DNA of 13,931 nucleotides from a virus, in IMG/VR virus record IMGVR_UViG_3300010163_000397, positions 1 through 13,931 of that record; one strand, 5' to 3'. Position numbers and translations under genes: made by a program. Below, piece after piece: positions 5,025 through 12,865 of the stretch. The notes under the pieces were generated by a model that saw nothing but the letters and a program-made list of their open reading frames with translations, did no database searches and had not been told where the DNA came from. Positions within the stretch are counted from its first letter, which is position 1. Every line of letters begins with the position of its first letter.

Positions 5025-6389
5025 AGGTTCAACGCCATCCGAAACATCATCAACGCTCCCAAGCTGGTTGTTCAACAGGAAACCAGAATCAAAGAGCTTG
5101 AAACGGATTTAGCGCGGAAGACTTTGACGAATCAAAGCCGGATTCCTGGGCGTCCTCAATGGTTTGAATATTGGGATCCGTTGCAGGGCGCGGACATGGA
5201 AACGCTGGTGGAGGCGCGAAATGAAGCCCGGCGCGGAGCCTACGCGCGCCAGATGCTTATCTGGGACGAAATTATTTATTCAGACGGAATGCTTGGAATG
5301 CTCTTTTCTCGTCTCATCGAGAGCGTTTCAATGCAGGGGTGGAAGATTGATTCAGCGAATGACAGCCCGGAGGCTCAGCGTCAAAAGACTGCTCTTGAGG
5401 AATTTTACAATTCCATCACAGGACTTCAAAAGGCTTTTGGTCAGCTCTCCACGGCATTATTTTACGGCTTCTCTCACCTGCAATTCATTGAAGACTCCTG
5501 GGGTCGAAGATTTGAGTTTATTCCGCAGCGCTATTGGGTGCGCCCCGGTGAACTCAACGAGTGGCAATTCAATCCACAATGCCACATCGGCGTTGATTCC
5601 GGAGAAAGTGTTGAAGATGAAACGCTGGTTATTCTTGAACACAAGAACCCCATTCTTTTTCCGGCATCAAGGGCGTCTTTTGAACGGAATCATGCAAAAA
5701 TGATTTGGGGCAATCACATGGATCGTTACGGATCCTCGCCCGCCATCATCACGGCTCCGGAAAACGCCAGCGCCGCGGTGATGGACGCTCTTGAAAAAGC
5801 CTGTGAAGAGCTCAAATCCGGCGGATCTATTGTGCTGCCTCCCGGATGCACCGCCGAACCGCTCAAGGCGTCCAACATCAGCGAAAACTATTTCATTTCC
5901 AGAATTAATATGGCCGATAAAGACCAAGTGCGCTTTGTGATGGCGGGCACCCTGACTGTTTTGAATGAGTCAGGTTCCGGAACGCTGGCGGGGTCGGCTC
6001 ATACCGACAGCTGGAATTCAGTAGTTTCCGCGGTGTGCTCCAAAGTTGCCGAAGCGTTCAACGCAGTCATCAACCCGTTGATTCTTGGGGACGTTGAATA
6101 TCTGGCCCGCCTCAATATCACTTTTGACACCGTCCAGACGCCGCTCCAAAAGGCCGAAGAGATCGCCGCCCTCGCTGATGGAGGGGTGCGGTTGGACAAG
6201 GCCGAAATTGAAGAAAAGATCGGAATGTCTGTTGAGGATGCGGACGCTCCGGAGCCGATGACGTCAGCAGTCAACCGTGAACCCGACGAACCCGGCATCC
6301 CGCCTGATGCTTTTGAACAGCTCCAACAAATCATCTACAACGGTTTAATCAAAGGATTCAGCGATGATCAGTTCAAAACAAATCAATAA
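5025..6389 (+). CDS. Portal protein, Mu gp29-like (DUF935-like); start unresolved
   Basis: The block DPLQGADMETLVEARNEARRGAYARQMLIWDEIIYSDGMLGMLFSRLIESVSMQGWKI resembles the N-terminal core of Mu-type portals (hPsrGltP..l..il..ae.Gd...q..l..dm.ekD.hl....kR..av..l.W.i). Size and position after TerL also fit. The ORF-track GTG start at 4941 lies inside the tRNA and is rejected. In-frame start candidates are AGG 5025, CTG 5064, TTG 5124 and ATG 5196. Confidence 0.85.
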   Translation, partial: RFNAIRNIINAPKLVVQQETRIKELETDLARKTLTNQSRIPGRPQWFEYWDPLQGADMETLVEARNEARRGAYARQMLIWDEIIYSDGMLGMLFSRLIESVSMQGWKIDSANDSPEAQRQKTALEEFYNSITGLQKAFGQLSTALFYGFSHLQFIEDSWGRRFEFIPQRYWVRPGELNEWQFNPQCHIGVDSGESVEDETLVILEHKNPILFPASRASFERNHAKMIWGNHMDRYGSSPAIITAPENASAAVMDALEKACEELKSGGSIVLPPGCTAEPLKASNISENYFISRINMADKDQVRFVMAGTLTVLNESGSGTLAGSAHTDSWNSVVSAVCSKVAEAFNAVINPLILGDVEYLARLNITFDTVQTPLQKAEEIAALADGGVRLDKAEIEEKIGMSVEDADAPEPMTSAVNREPDEPGIPPDAFEQLQQIIYNGLIKGFSDDQFKTNQ

Positions 6390-7479
6390 CCTTGATTCTG
6401 CTCCCGGGAATGGATGGTTCCACATCGAAAAAAGTGGGGATCATGAAGTTGACTACGGCGAAGGCCCATCAATTTTAAGGATTGATGAAGAGGCCATTGA
6501 AGCGATGGTTGCTGAATTCAATGCACGCACCTTTGACGGCCCAGGAATGTTGATTGATGGGGATCATTTAAGCCATGACCTATCACGAGACACCCGCGCC
6601 CTTGGGTGGCTGAAAAGATTGGACACCTACCAAGACCCTTCCGGATCGGTGGAGCTTTACGGATTCATCGAATGGACGCCGCGCGGCCGGAAGATGCTTG
6701 AGGATAAAGAATATACCCAATCATCAACAGAATATAACGAAGGACTTAAATTCAAAGAAGGCATCTATAAACCTTCAAAACTGACCGGCTTTGCCCTGAC
6801 CAACCGCCCCAGAATCAAGGGGAAGCGTCCGTTGGTAAATAGACAGACTTCCCCCACCTCCACAGGGGCCGGGGATGAAAACAAAAGCCCCGCAGGAGGG
6901 GAAACAACCCAGAAAAAAGACATGGAAAACGAAGAAAGAGAATATCCGTCCACGGAGATGGATAAGGCCCAGCGGGCCCTGTTTGACTCGTTGCTCGATA
7001 AATTGGATGTCGAATTTGACGGCACCGATGACATGAGCCGGGCCATCTTGGGACGTCTGGATGAACTTCTTGCGCTGGAAAAGCGTGAGAAAGACCACGT
7101 GAATTCCGAAGTTGAAGACGCCGTCAGCACGTATGAAAATGCGTTGGACGAGGAAGAACGGGAGGAGTTTACGGAAGAACGCCGGGAAGAGCTGAAAAAT
7201 TCTCTTCGGGAAAGCCCCGCTGCTCTGAGCGCTTTTGTACGGGCCTTGAACCGTCAGGCCCCTCCTAAGCCTCAGGACACTCCGGAACCTAAAGAGCTTC
7301 CAAAAAGGAAGCCTCTTAACCGCCGGGTTACTCAAAATCCGCCGAATCCGTTCATGAAAAAGGAATCCATTGACGGGTTCACCAACCGCGTTAATGAACT
7401 CATGAAGAACGGAATGAAGCGCTACGATGCTTATCAAAAAGCAACCGAGGAAGGCTTCATTGTCGTCAACGAACGCTAA
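6364..7479 (+). CDS. Mu gpI-like prohead protease / scaffold fusion
   Basis: 371 aa. GWFHIEKSGDH..., LIDGDHLSH, ALGWLKRL, FIEWTPRGRKMLEDKEY..SSTEY and GFALTNRPRIKG match the remembered Mu-like prophage I protein pattern. The C-terminal half is charged and coiled-coil-like, as expected for a scaffold. It overlaps the portal end by 26 nt. Confidence 0.8.
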   Translation: MISSKQINNLDSAPGNGWFHIEKSGDHEVDYGEGPSILRIDEEAIEAMVAEFNARTFDGPGMLIDGDHLSHDLSRDTRALGWLKRLDTYQDPSGSVELYGFIEWTPRGRKMLEDKEYTQSSTEYNEGLKFKEGIYKPSKLTGFALTNRPRIKGKRPLVNRQTSPTSTGAGDENKSPAGGETTQKKDMENEEREYPSTEMDKAQRALFDSLLDKLDVEFDGTDDMSRAILGRLDELLALEKREKDHVNSEVEDAVSTYENALDEEEREEFTEERREELKNSLRESPAALSAFVRALNRQAPPKPQDTPEPKELPKRKPLNRRVTQNPPNPFMKKESIDGFTNRVNELMKNGMKRYDAYQKATEEGFIVVNER

Positions 7480-7503
7480 TTATTAACTATTAACTAAAAA
7501 ACA

Positions 7504-7926
7504 ATGCCATCCATCAATATCACTCAAACGGATGCCGAAGTCTACTTCAACGCCCCGGAAGGCGCTGATTTATCGGCCTTGGAAGGTTCCGTGGTTTCTT
7601 TGACCGGGAATCCCGCTATTCCTGAATTAGTCGGCAATCCTCTGACGGCCCTTCCGACTCAAAGTCAGCTTCTTGGGCTTGTCACTCAAATTCAGCCGGA
7701 TAGGGGCACATGCTGCGCCGTTTTGGTAGGCATGTACGCCGGACTGGTCAAGGCGTCTCTCTCTGAAACGCCCGGCACAATAAGCGTTGGAACTCCCCTG
7801 ACTATTACAGCAAATGGGGCGTGGAAGGCCGCCGCCAGCGGTGACACCGTATACGCTCGCGCGATTCACAATCTATGGGAGCCCGGCAAAGTTGAAATCG
7901 GGTTTGTGGCGCCTTATCAGGCTTAA
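7504..7926 (+). CDS. Small head protein, DUF2190-like (decoration/cement candidate)
   Basis: 140 aa, positioned between protease/scaffold and major capsid. It is a Gly/Val-rich beta-type sequence (GLVKASLSETPGTISVGTPLTITANGAWKAAASGDTVYARA), typical of that family as I recall it. Confidence 0.5.
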   Translation: MPSINITQTDAEVYFNAPEGADLSALEGSVVSLTGNPAIPELVGNPLTALPTQSQLLGLVTQIQPDRGTCCAVLVGMYAGLVKASLSETPGTISVGTPLTITANGAWKAAASGDTVYARAIHNLWEPGKVEIGFVAPYQA

Positions 7927-7960
7927 TATCAATTCTAATTTTTAGAAAGACAATCAATCA

Positions 7961-8884
7961 ATGGCTAATCTATTTTATTCGGCGGTTCAGTTTACGGATG
8001 TACTAACATCATTTTCCGTTGGCGCGGGAAATACGGAAAGAGATTCTATGGTGAACCGGATCGCCCCGCTCGTCCCTGTGTACGATGTTTCATTTCAATA
8101 TATGGTGTGGGACACACCGGCCGCTTTTACGGTCGAACCCATCCAGGTGGCGCCCGGTGAACCTCCCCGGCAAACCTCAATGCTCGGAAAAACTGAAACG
8201 GACACTTTACAGGGATATGCTCTCACTGATCCGATTCCAGATATTTTGTTGGGGACGAATAAAGAAAAGGCTCAAGCGATTTTGTTATCTCATGCCAAAT
8301 TCCTTGAATCTAAATTCGTGACGTCTTACGAATATCAGCGCGCCAAACTTATTGAAAGTCAGGTTCCAGCGGCTTCTGGTTATGGAGATTGGGACAATCC
8401 TGAAAAAGATCCTATCGTTGATTTGAATAAAGCTCTTCGGACCATCAATGCAACGGCAGGGAAAATGCCAAATACAATTGTATTTGGTATGAGCGCCTGG
8501 TCCAGGCTTCGCGAAAATCCAAATGCTAAAAAACTCGTATCGTTTAACAGCGTTGGGGCGTTTAATGAGGCTCTTTTGCAGATTGCTTTGCTCAATCCTG
8601 TTGATGAAATTTACCTCAATAAAATGCCGTTTAGAGATTCATCAGGACAAGGCAAAACAATCATGGATGATGACGTCTATATTCTTTATAAAGAAGATTC
8701 TCCGACGCAATTTGACGCATCGGCAATTAAGACGTTCGCTCTTAATGGTCAATTTAATCGTGAAGTAACGACGGAATATTTCCCGACCAACAAGGAAACC
8801 AAGGTGACCAACCGGGTTTATTCGCTGACGAAGTTGACCAATCCCGGAGCAATCATCCGCATCAATACGGCGTCAGCCGCTTAA
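7961..8884 (+). CDS. Major capsid protein (HK97-fold, lambda-E-like by pattern)
   Basis: 307 aa. Position follows scaffold and decoration genes. The motif block WDNPEKDPIVDLNKALRTINATAGKMPNTIVFGMSAWSRLRENPNAKKLV resembles the 'dP..dl....i....G..pn.lv.g..aw..l..n' block of E-like capsid proteins. Confidence 0.7.
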   Translation: MANLFYSAVQFTDVLTSFSVGAGNTERDSMVNRIAPLVPVYDVSFQYMVWDTPAAFTVEPIQVAPGEPPRQTSMLGKTETDTLQGYALTDPIPDILLGTNKEKAQAILLSHAKFLESKFVTSYEYQRAKLIESQVPAASGYGDWDNPEKDPIVDLNKALRTINATAGKMPNTIVFGMSAWSRLRENPNAKKLVSFNSVGAFNEALLQIALLNPVDEIYLNKMPFRDSSGQGKTIMDDDVYILYKEDSPTQFDASAIKTFALNGQFNREVTTEYFPTNKETKVTNRVYSLTKLTNPGAIIRINTASAA

Positions 8885-8904
8885 CCCCTGAAACCGCCTC
8901 CATT

Positions 8905-9381
8905 ATGACAGCGTTTCCCGCATGGTCTCCAATTACCACGGATGAAGCCGACCGGCTTCTTGGCCTCAATACCGCGGAAAGAGATTCCCTTGTAAGGGCC
9001 GGGGAGCAGAGAAGCCTTGATTATCATGGCGTCATGATGGAGGCGGTGAATGATGTTTGTGTAGCCATCCGCGGGGCGTTGGCTAACAACCTCGCCCTGC
9101 GTCAATCCCTTCAAAACAGCGGGACTCATGATATTCCGCAAAGCATGAGGGCGTTAGCGTGGCCTTTAATTATCCGGCAACTCTACATCCGCTATCAAAT
9201 CAACCTGACCGAAACGCGCCAGAAGGCCGCGGAATCCGCAGATGAAATGTTGAGCCTTTACGCGCGCGGGGAAAGACTCCCTGAAAGCGTGGATGGCTCC
9301 GCTCCCGCGGATCCGGCCTACATGATGCCCCGCTACACGCGCCGCCCATGGTTCAATCCAATCAGAAGCACGTACCGATGA
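8905..9381 (+). CDS. Head-tail connector/adaptor candidate (DUF1320 / Mu gp36-like pattern)
   Basis: 158 aa, immediately after the capsid gene. The pattern is weak: ITTDEADRLLGL..., EAVNDVCVAIRGAL, IPQSMRALAWPLIIRQLY, AESADEMLSLYARGERLP. Confidence 0.45.
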   Translation: MTAFPAWSPITTDEADRLLGLNTAERDSLVRAGEQRSLDYHGVMMEAVNDVCVAIRGALANNLALRQSLQNSGTHDIPQSMRALAWPLIIRQLYIRYQINLTETRQKAAESADEMLSLYARGERLPESVDGSAPADPAYMMPRYTRRPWFNPIRSTYR

Positions 9382-10514
9382 TAACCGCAGCCCAAAGGGA
9401 GATGATCGCCAATGACTACGCCGAACGCGCGTTTTTCGTGTCCGGTGTGGAACCCGGCGTCATTTTGTCGGATTTTGAGGACAAGGCCCGTAAGGTGACT
9501 TCCGGGGCGTTGAGCTACGAGGAAGCCCAGCGGGCCATCCGGGAAATGTTGAGGAATCAGGGCTATGAACCGCCAGTTTTAGGTGAAGGAGGCATTCAGG
9601 ATTTGTCCTCCTGGGTCAGGATTCAGGTAGTCATTGAAACGAATGCCGCCATGGCCCACGGATTCCGGAACTGGTACAGCTGGACACAGGATGAAGACAC
9701 GGCCGCCTTTAAATTTTACCGCTCCCAGGGACGGGAAGACCCGCGTTATTGGGCTGAACGTTGGAACAGCGCTCGTGTAGGTTTGGAAGGAGAAGCTACG
9801 GAGGCGGTATCTTCCGGCTTCATCCGCGGTGATGTGGTGGGGTATGCTTTGGCCAATTCCGACATATGGATTAGGCTTTCTCGGTTCGGCACCCCCTACC
9901 CTCCATTTGATTACCTTTCCGGAATGAACATCGCCCCCATAGGTGTTGAAGAGGCGCGTTCAGCCGGTCTTGATGTTTCCCGCGTCAAACCTGCTCCATC
10001 AAGCTTCAACTCGACGCTGGAAAGCAACGCCAAGGGAGTTACTAAAAAGAATGCCGATAAAATCCGCCGGATCCTGAAAGACGCCGTGCGGATGGAAAAA
10101 CAGGAGGACGGCAACACCACGTTCATCTACACTGACCCAAACGGCACCCGGCCTTATTCTGATGCCGGGCTTGCTGATTTGCTGAAAGGTGATTTTCCGG
10201 AAGAAATCCCCTTGAGGCAGGCGGCGGCCTTTCGGCTTGGTATGGCAGGCGGCGCGGTTGTTGGCACCCTTTCCGCTCTCTATCTGGAACGTCTGATTGA
10301 CAGGTTGTTTTCTGAAAAAGAGGGCGTCTGGTATGCGCGCCCCGCTGACGTGGCGTCCGCGCCGTCTCTGACCTTCATTCCCGTTTCCAAGGTTGAGGAA
10401 GGGGATTTTACCTACCCCCTTCAATCCGGGCACGTCAAAAAGGTGGAAGACATTGCCGGAGCGCTTGAAGTGGAAATATCAACCCCCTATGTGTTAGCGT
10501 CAAAATGGGTATAG
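9378..10514 (+). CDS. Virion morphogenesis / minor head protein candidate (Mu F / SPP1 gp7-like N-terminal pattern)
   Basis: ATG 9378 forms an ATGA overlap with the upstream stop (9379-9381). The ORF-track start at 9348 is also possible. AFFVSGVEPGVILSDFEDKARKVTSGALSYEEAQRAIREMLRNQGY...RIQVVIETNAAMAHGFRNW loosely matches the Mu F-like head morphogenesis pattern. The C-terminal 200 aa are not recognised. Confidence 0.45.
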   Translation: MITAAQREMIANDYAERAFFVSGVEPGVILSDFEDKARKVTSGALSYEEAQRAIREMLRNQGYEPPVLGEGGIQDLSSWVRIQVVIETNAAMAHGFRNWYSWTQDEDTAAFKFYRSQGREDPRYWAERWNSARVGLEGEATEAVSSGFIRGDVVGYALANSDIWIRLSRFGTPYPPFDYLSGMNIAPIGVEEARSAGLDVSRVKPAPSSFNSTLESNAKGVTKKNADKIRRILKDAVRMEKQEDGNTTFIYTDPNGTRPYSDAGLADLLKGDFPEEIPLRQAAAFRLGMAGGAVVGTLSALYLERLIDRLFSEKEGVWYARPADVASAPSLTFIPVSKVEEGDFTYPLQSGHVKKVEDIAGALEVEISTPYVLASKWV

Positions 10515-11167
10515 CCGTTCACATTGATCAATCCGAGATTGACCGCGCGTTTGCCGATCTTTCGCCTTCAACGGAACAGCACAAGGTGGGGATTCGCAAG
10601 GCTGGGGTGGCTTTAAGCCTGCTGATTCAGAAAACCCTTAGGCAGCAGGGCAAGGATTACTATGACGGCGCGGCAGATGCCACCAGCATGGAAGAATCAT
10701 CAGAGGGTGTCACCGTCTCCATCGCCTGGCGCGGCATCGGCATTCATTGGGTGGGAACGCAGCGTTATCTTGGCGGCCCGCTCCGTCCCACGGGGCGCAC
10801 GTCTGAAATCACCGGACGGCCTATTAAAAATCTTGCTATACCGACAGCAAACGCCCCCCGCGGGCATGGTGATTTCAGGAGCATCTACAGCGCCGGATTC
10901 CGTCAGGATGATTTGGAGTTCATCCCCTCCAAAGGAGGAGGGAGGGGCGGCAATGTTACCGGCGTTCTCGTCCTCAAAACGGCCCAATCCTCCACCGGGA
11001 AAAAAACGGCGCGGAAGCTTTTCAAGAAGGGCACGAAAACGGGGGATGTCCTCTATGTACTTTGCCGTGAAGTTACAATCCCTCCAACCCCGGGGATTTT
11101 GCCTGCCATTGATGAAATGGCAAAGCACGCGGCCGAAAACTATCTTTCAAACATCGGAAAATCATGA
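10505..11167 (+). CDS. Structural (neck / tail-completion) protein, family not recognised
   Basis: 220-aa ORF, translationally coupled on both sides (10-nt overlap upstream, ATGA overlap downstream), in the head-tail joining position. Confidence 0.5.
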   Translation: MGIAVHIDQSEIDRAFADLSPSTEQHKVGIRKAGVALSLLIQKTLRQQGKDYYDGAADATSMEESSEGVTVSIAWRGIGIHWVGTQRYLGGPLRPTGRTSEITGRPIKNLAIPTANAPRGHGDFRSIYSAGFRQDDLEFIPSKGGGRGGNVTGVLVLKTAQSSTGKKTARKLFKKGTKTGDVLYVLCREVTIPPTPGILPAIDEMAKHAAENYLSNIGKS

Positions 11168-11694
11168 ACCCGTCTATTGATCAGACCTTGAGCCGCCGCA
11201 TCATTGAGCGGCTGAAAAACATTCAGGAATTGGGATGCCACGTGTTTGAACAGCCCTTTGACCCCCAGTTCGCCGCCAACGACATCATCATGTCGTCTAT
11301 GGGCAACAATGGGGTTGTGCTGGTTTCTCCGGGAGATGCGGAAGAATACCAGGACGGGCACGGGCAAACGGCGGTTCCAACTATGTGGAGGCAGTTTTTT
11401 ATCATTGCGGCCATCTACCACAACGCGGCCCTGTTCCCCGCGGAATGCCTGACGCCGGATTTTTATTTAAGAAAGATTGGCGATGAAATAGAACTGGCGC
11501 TTTGGGACTGGAACCCGTTTTACTTTGCCGCCCCTGCCATGATGAAGCCCAAGATTAAAGGCCGTTTTTCATCTTCCGCTATTATCGATGGCGAAAAGCG
11601 GCAAATGAACGTTTTAACCGTGGACTACCGCGTTCCGGTTAATATCAACATTAAATCACACCCTAAATTTAATGAGCAGAACACCAACAATTAA
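11164..11694 (+). CDS. Structural protein, family not recognised
   Basis: 176-aa ORF. ATGA overlap with the upstream gene at 11164-11167. Confidence 0.5.
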   Translation: MNPSIDQTLSRRIIERLKNIQELGCHVFEQPFDPQFAANDIIMSSMGNNGVVLVSPGDAEEYQDGHGQTAVPTMWRQFFIIAAIYHNAALFPAECLTPDFYLRKIGDEIELALWDWNPFYFAAPAMMKPKIKGRFSSSAIIDGEKRQMNVLTVDYRVPVNINIKSHPKFNEQNTNN

Positions 11695-11947
11695 AAAGAA
11701 AGCGCCGGAAACGGTGAAAGCGCCGGAAACGGTGAAAGCGCCGGAAACGGTGAAAGCGCCGGAAACGGTGAAAGCGCCGGAAACGGTGAAAGCGCCGGAA
11801 ACGGTTTCCGTCCGCGTCATCCGAACCCGCGCTGAACTGGATGGCGGGCTTGTTTTGAGCCTTGCCATGAAAACCGACACGCCCAATATTCCGGCGCCCA
11901 TTGCCGAAGCGTTAAAAACCCTGAACCTGATTGAAATCCATGACTAA
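11672..11947 (+). CDS. Small protein with (KAPETV)x6 tandem repeat
   Basis: 91-aa ORF that overlaps both neighbours. Its N-terminal third is encoded by six perfect 18-bp repeats. Confidence 0.55.
   Translation: MSRTPTIKKKAPETVKAPETVKAPETVKAPETVKAPETVKAPETVSVRVIRTRAELDGGLVLSLAMKTDTPNIPAPIAEALKTLNLIEIHD
11698..11805 (+). repeat. Perfect 18-bp tandem repeat x6 (GAAAGCGCCGGAAACGGT)
   Basis: Counted directly. There are six identical units at 11698, 11716, 11734, 11752, 11770 and 11788, in frame within CDS 11672..11947. Confidence 0.95.
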
Positions 11948-12134
11948 ACCAAACACTATTGCAGAACCTGAAAAAAAGACGGAAAATGCCGCCGCCATTG
12001 ATACGAAAATTCGCATCATGTCAAAAGAGCTTTTTATTGGAAAATCTACGTTCTTGAAGGGCGCGGAAATTCATGTTAAAAAAGAGCTTGCCGATAAACT
12101 GGAAAAAGACGGCAAGGCAATCATTATTTATTAA
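11940..12134 (+). CDS. Small hypothetical protein (64 aa from ATG 11940; ORF-track TTG 11931)
   Basis: ATG 11940 overlaps the upstream stop (11945-11947). Translation MTKPNTIAEPEKK...KELADKLEKDGKAIIIY. No family recognised. Confidence 0.5.
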   Translation: MTKPNTIAEPEKKTENAAAIDTKIRIMSKELFIGKSTFLKGAEIHVKKELADKLEKDGKAIIIY

Positions 12135-12156
12135 CCATCTAACTTTTTTAAGCATC

Positions 12157-12813
12157 AGGGCAACCACATACGAACCTACTTTCATCAATCGAAACGTAAC
12201 GCCCCAGATTACCGGCGTGCTTGCCATTTTTCTTCCGGACGGCATCAAAGTAACCGAAGACGGGGGGACGTCTTACATCACCGGCCCCAACCAGTTTCCG
12301 ACGCCTCCGGACATGCCCCCGGTAGATCCTACCGCCGGGCCGGAAGCTCCCTGGGTCAGTTTTGGCCTTCTCGGAGCCTTCCAATCCGTCGCTACACAGG
12401 TTGAGGGCGAAGTCACCCGCTTTTACGGCGGGGCGCTTGGTTATCGTGTGCAGCGAAAGAACACGACGACCGGGAAGCGCATGACCTTCACAACGCCGGA
12501 TATGTCCCCGGAATCCTTCCAGCTTTCCTTTGCGCTGGGGGCACCCCCGTCCAATGGCGAAGAGTCAACCACAATCGGCCATGGCGGAGACAATAAAATT
12601 GAAGGCTATCTCCGTTTCTGGTATCAAGACGACGTTGGCACTATTTATTTAGCCGGTACGGCACACGGAGCGTTGCGGCTATTGCAAGATCCGGAACACA
12701 CCACGGCGATTGCGTCGCGTCAGTTTGAATTTGAAATGGACTACCGCGGGAAATACCAGTTCACCCCGTCCAATGTTCAGGATGTGGTGACTAGCACATC
12801 CCCCGGATCCTGA
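12157..12813 (+). CDS. Putative major tail (tube) protein; start unresolved
   Basis: The frame is continuous with ORF-track 12073..12813. ATG 12073 would overlap the upstream gene by 62 nt. Other in-frame candidates are AGG 12157 (22 nt after the upstream stop, giving [14 protein letters not shown]...), GTG 12217 and ATG 12313. The tail assignment rests only on position, on beta-rich composition, and on the strong hairpin that follows. Confidence 0.5.
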   Translation, partial: RATTYEPTFINRNVTPQITGVLAIFLPDGIKVTEDGGTSYITGPNQFPTPPDMPPVDPTAGPEAPWVSFGLLGAFQSVATQVEGEVTRFYGGALGYRVQRKNTTTGKRMTFTTPDMSPESFQLSFALGAPPSNGEESTTIGHGGDNKIEGYLRFWYQDDVGTIYLAGTAHGALRLLQDPEHTTAIASRQFEFEMDYRGKYQFTPSNVQDVVTSTSPGS

Positions 12814-12825
12814 TTGTTTAACCAT

Positions 12826-12864
12826 GGGGGAGCGACTCGCTCCCCCGCATCCCCTCCTTTTTTT
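12826..12864 (+). terminator. 9-bp perfect GC hairpin followed 11 nt later by T7 (possible partial terminator or RNA stabiliser)
   Basis: GGGGGAGCG act CGCTCCCCC at 12826-12846, then gcatcccctcc, then TTTTTTT at 12858-12864. The U-tract is not adjacent to the stem, so this is not a textbook intrinsic terminator. Confidence 0.4.
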
Positions 12865-12865
12865 C

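Noticed and set aside
4587-5075. 162-aa minus-strand ORF spanning the terL end, the AT-rich gap and the tRNA
   Set aside because: It is antisense to terL and to the tRNA, it crosses a non-coding AT-rich gap, and it has no recognisable motif. This is a shadow ORF.
9192-9200. Isolated operator half-sites elsewhere: CTATCAAAT at 9192-9200, TATCAA at 7927-7932 and ATTGATACG at 11997-12005
   Set aside because: These are single half-sites without a partner arm. Two of the three lie inside coding sequence. Such matches are expected by chance for 6-9-mers in 14 kb.
11698-11805. Possible CRISPR array (regular 18-bp repeats)
   Set aside because: The repeats are directly abutting with no spacers, they are much shorter than CRISPR repeats, and they are in frame inside a CDS. 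This is a coding tandem repeat.
11972-11978. A AAA AAG slippery heptamer in the correct zero frame of the 11940..12134 gene (possible -1 programmed frameshift)
   Set aside because: The -1 frame hits TGA at 11999-12001, only eight codons after the slip, so no extended product results. The downstream tail frame is +1, not -1, relative to this gene. There is no obvious downstream stimulatory structure.
11806-12134. Possible paralogy between the C-terminal parts of the 11672 and 11940 small proteins (VRVIRT...IAEALKTLNLIEI versus IRIMSK...LADKLEKDGKAIII)
   Set aside because: The similarity is only a loose hydrophobic pattern seen by eye. It is too weak to claim without a profile comparison.
12073-12156. 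ATG 12073 as the start of the tail protein
   Set aside because: It is not excluded, but is disfavoured. It needs a 62-nt out-of-frame overlap with the preceding gene, far longer than any other overlap in the operon. The encoded extension (MLKKSLPINWKKTARQSLFINHLTFLSI) looks like an alternative-frame reading.
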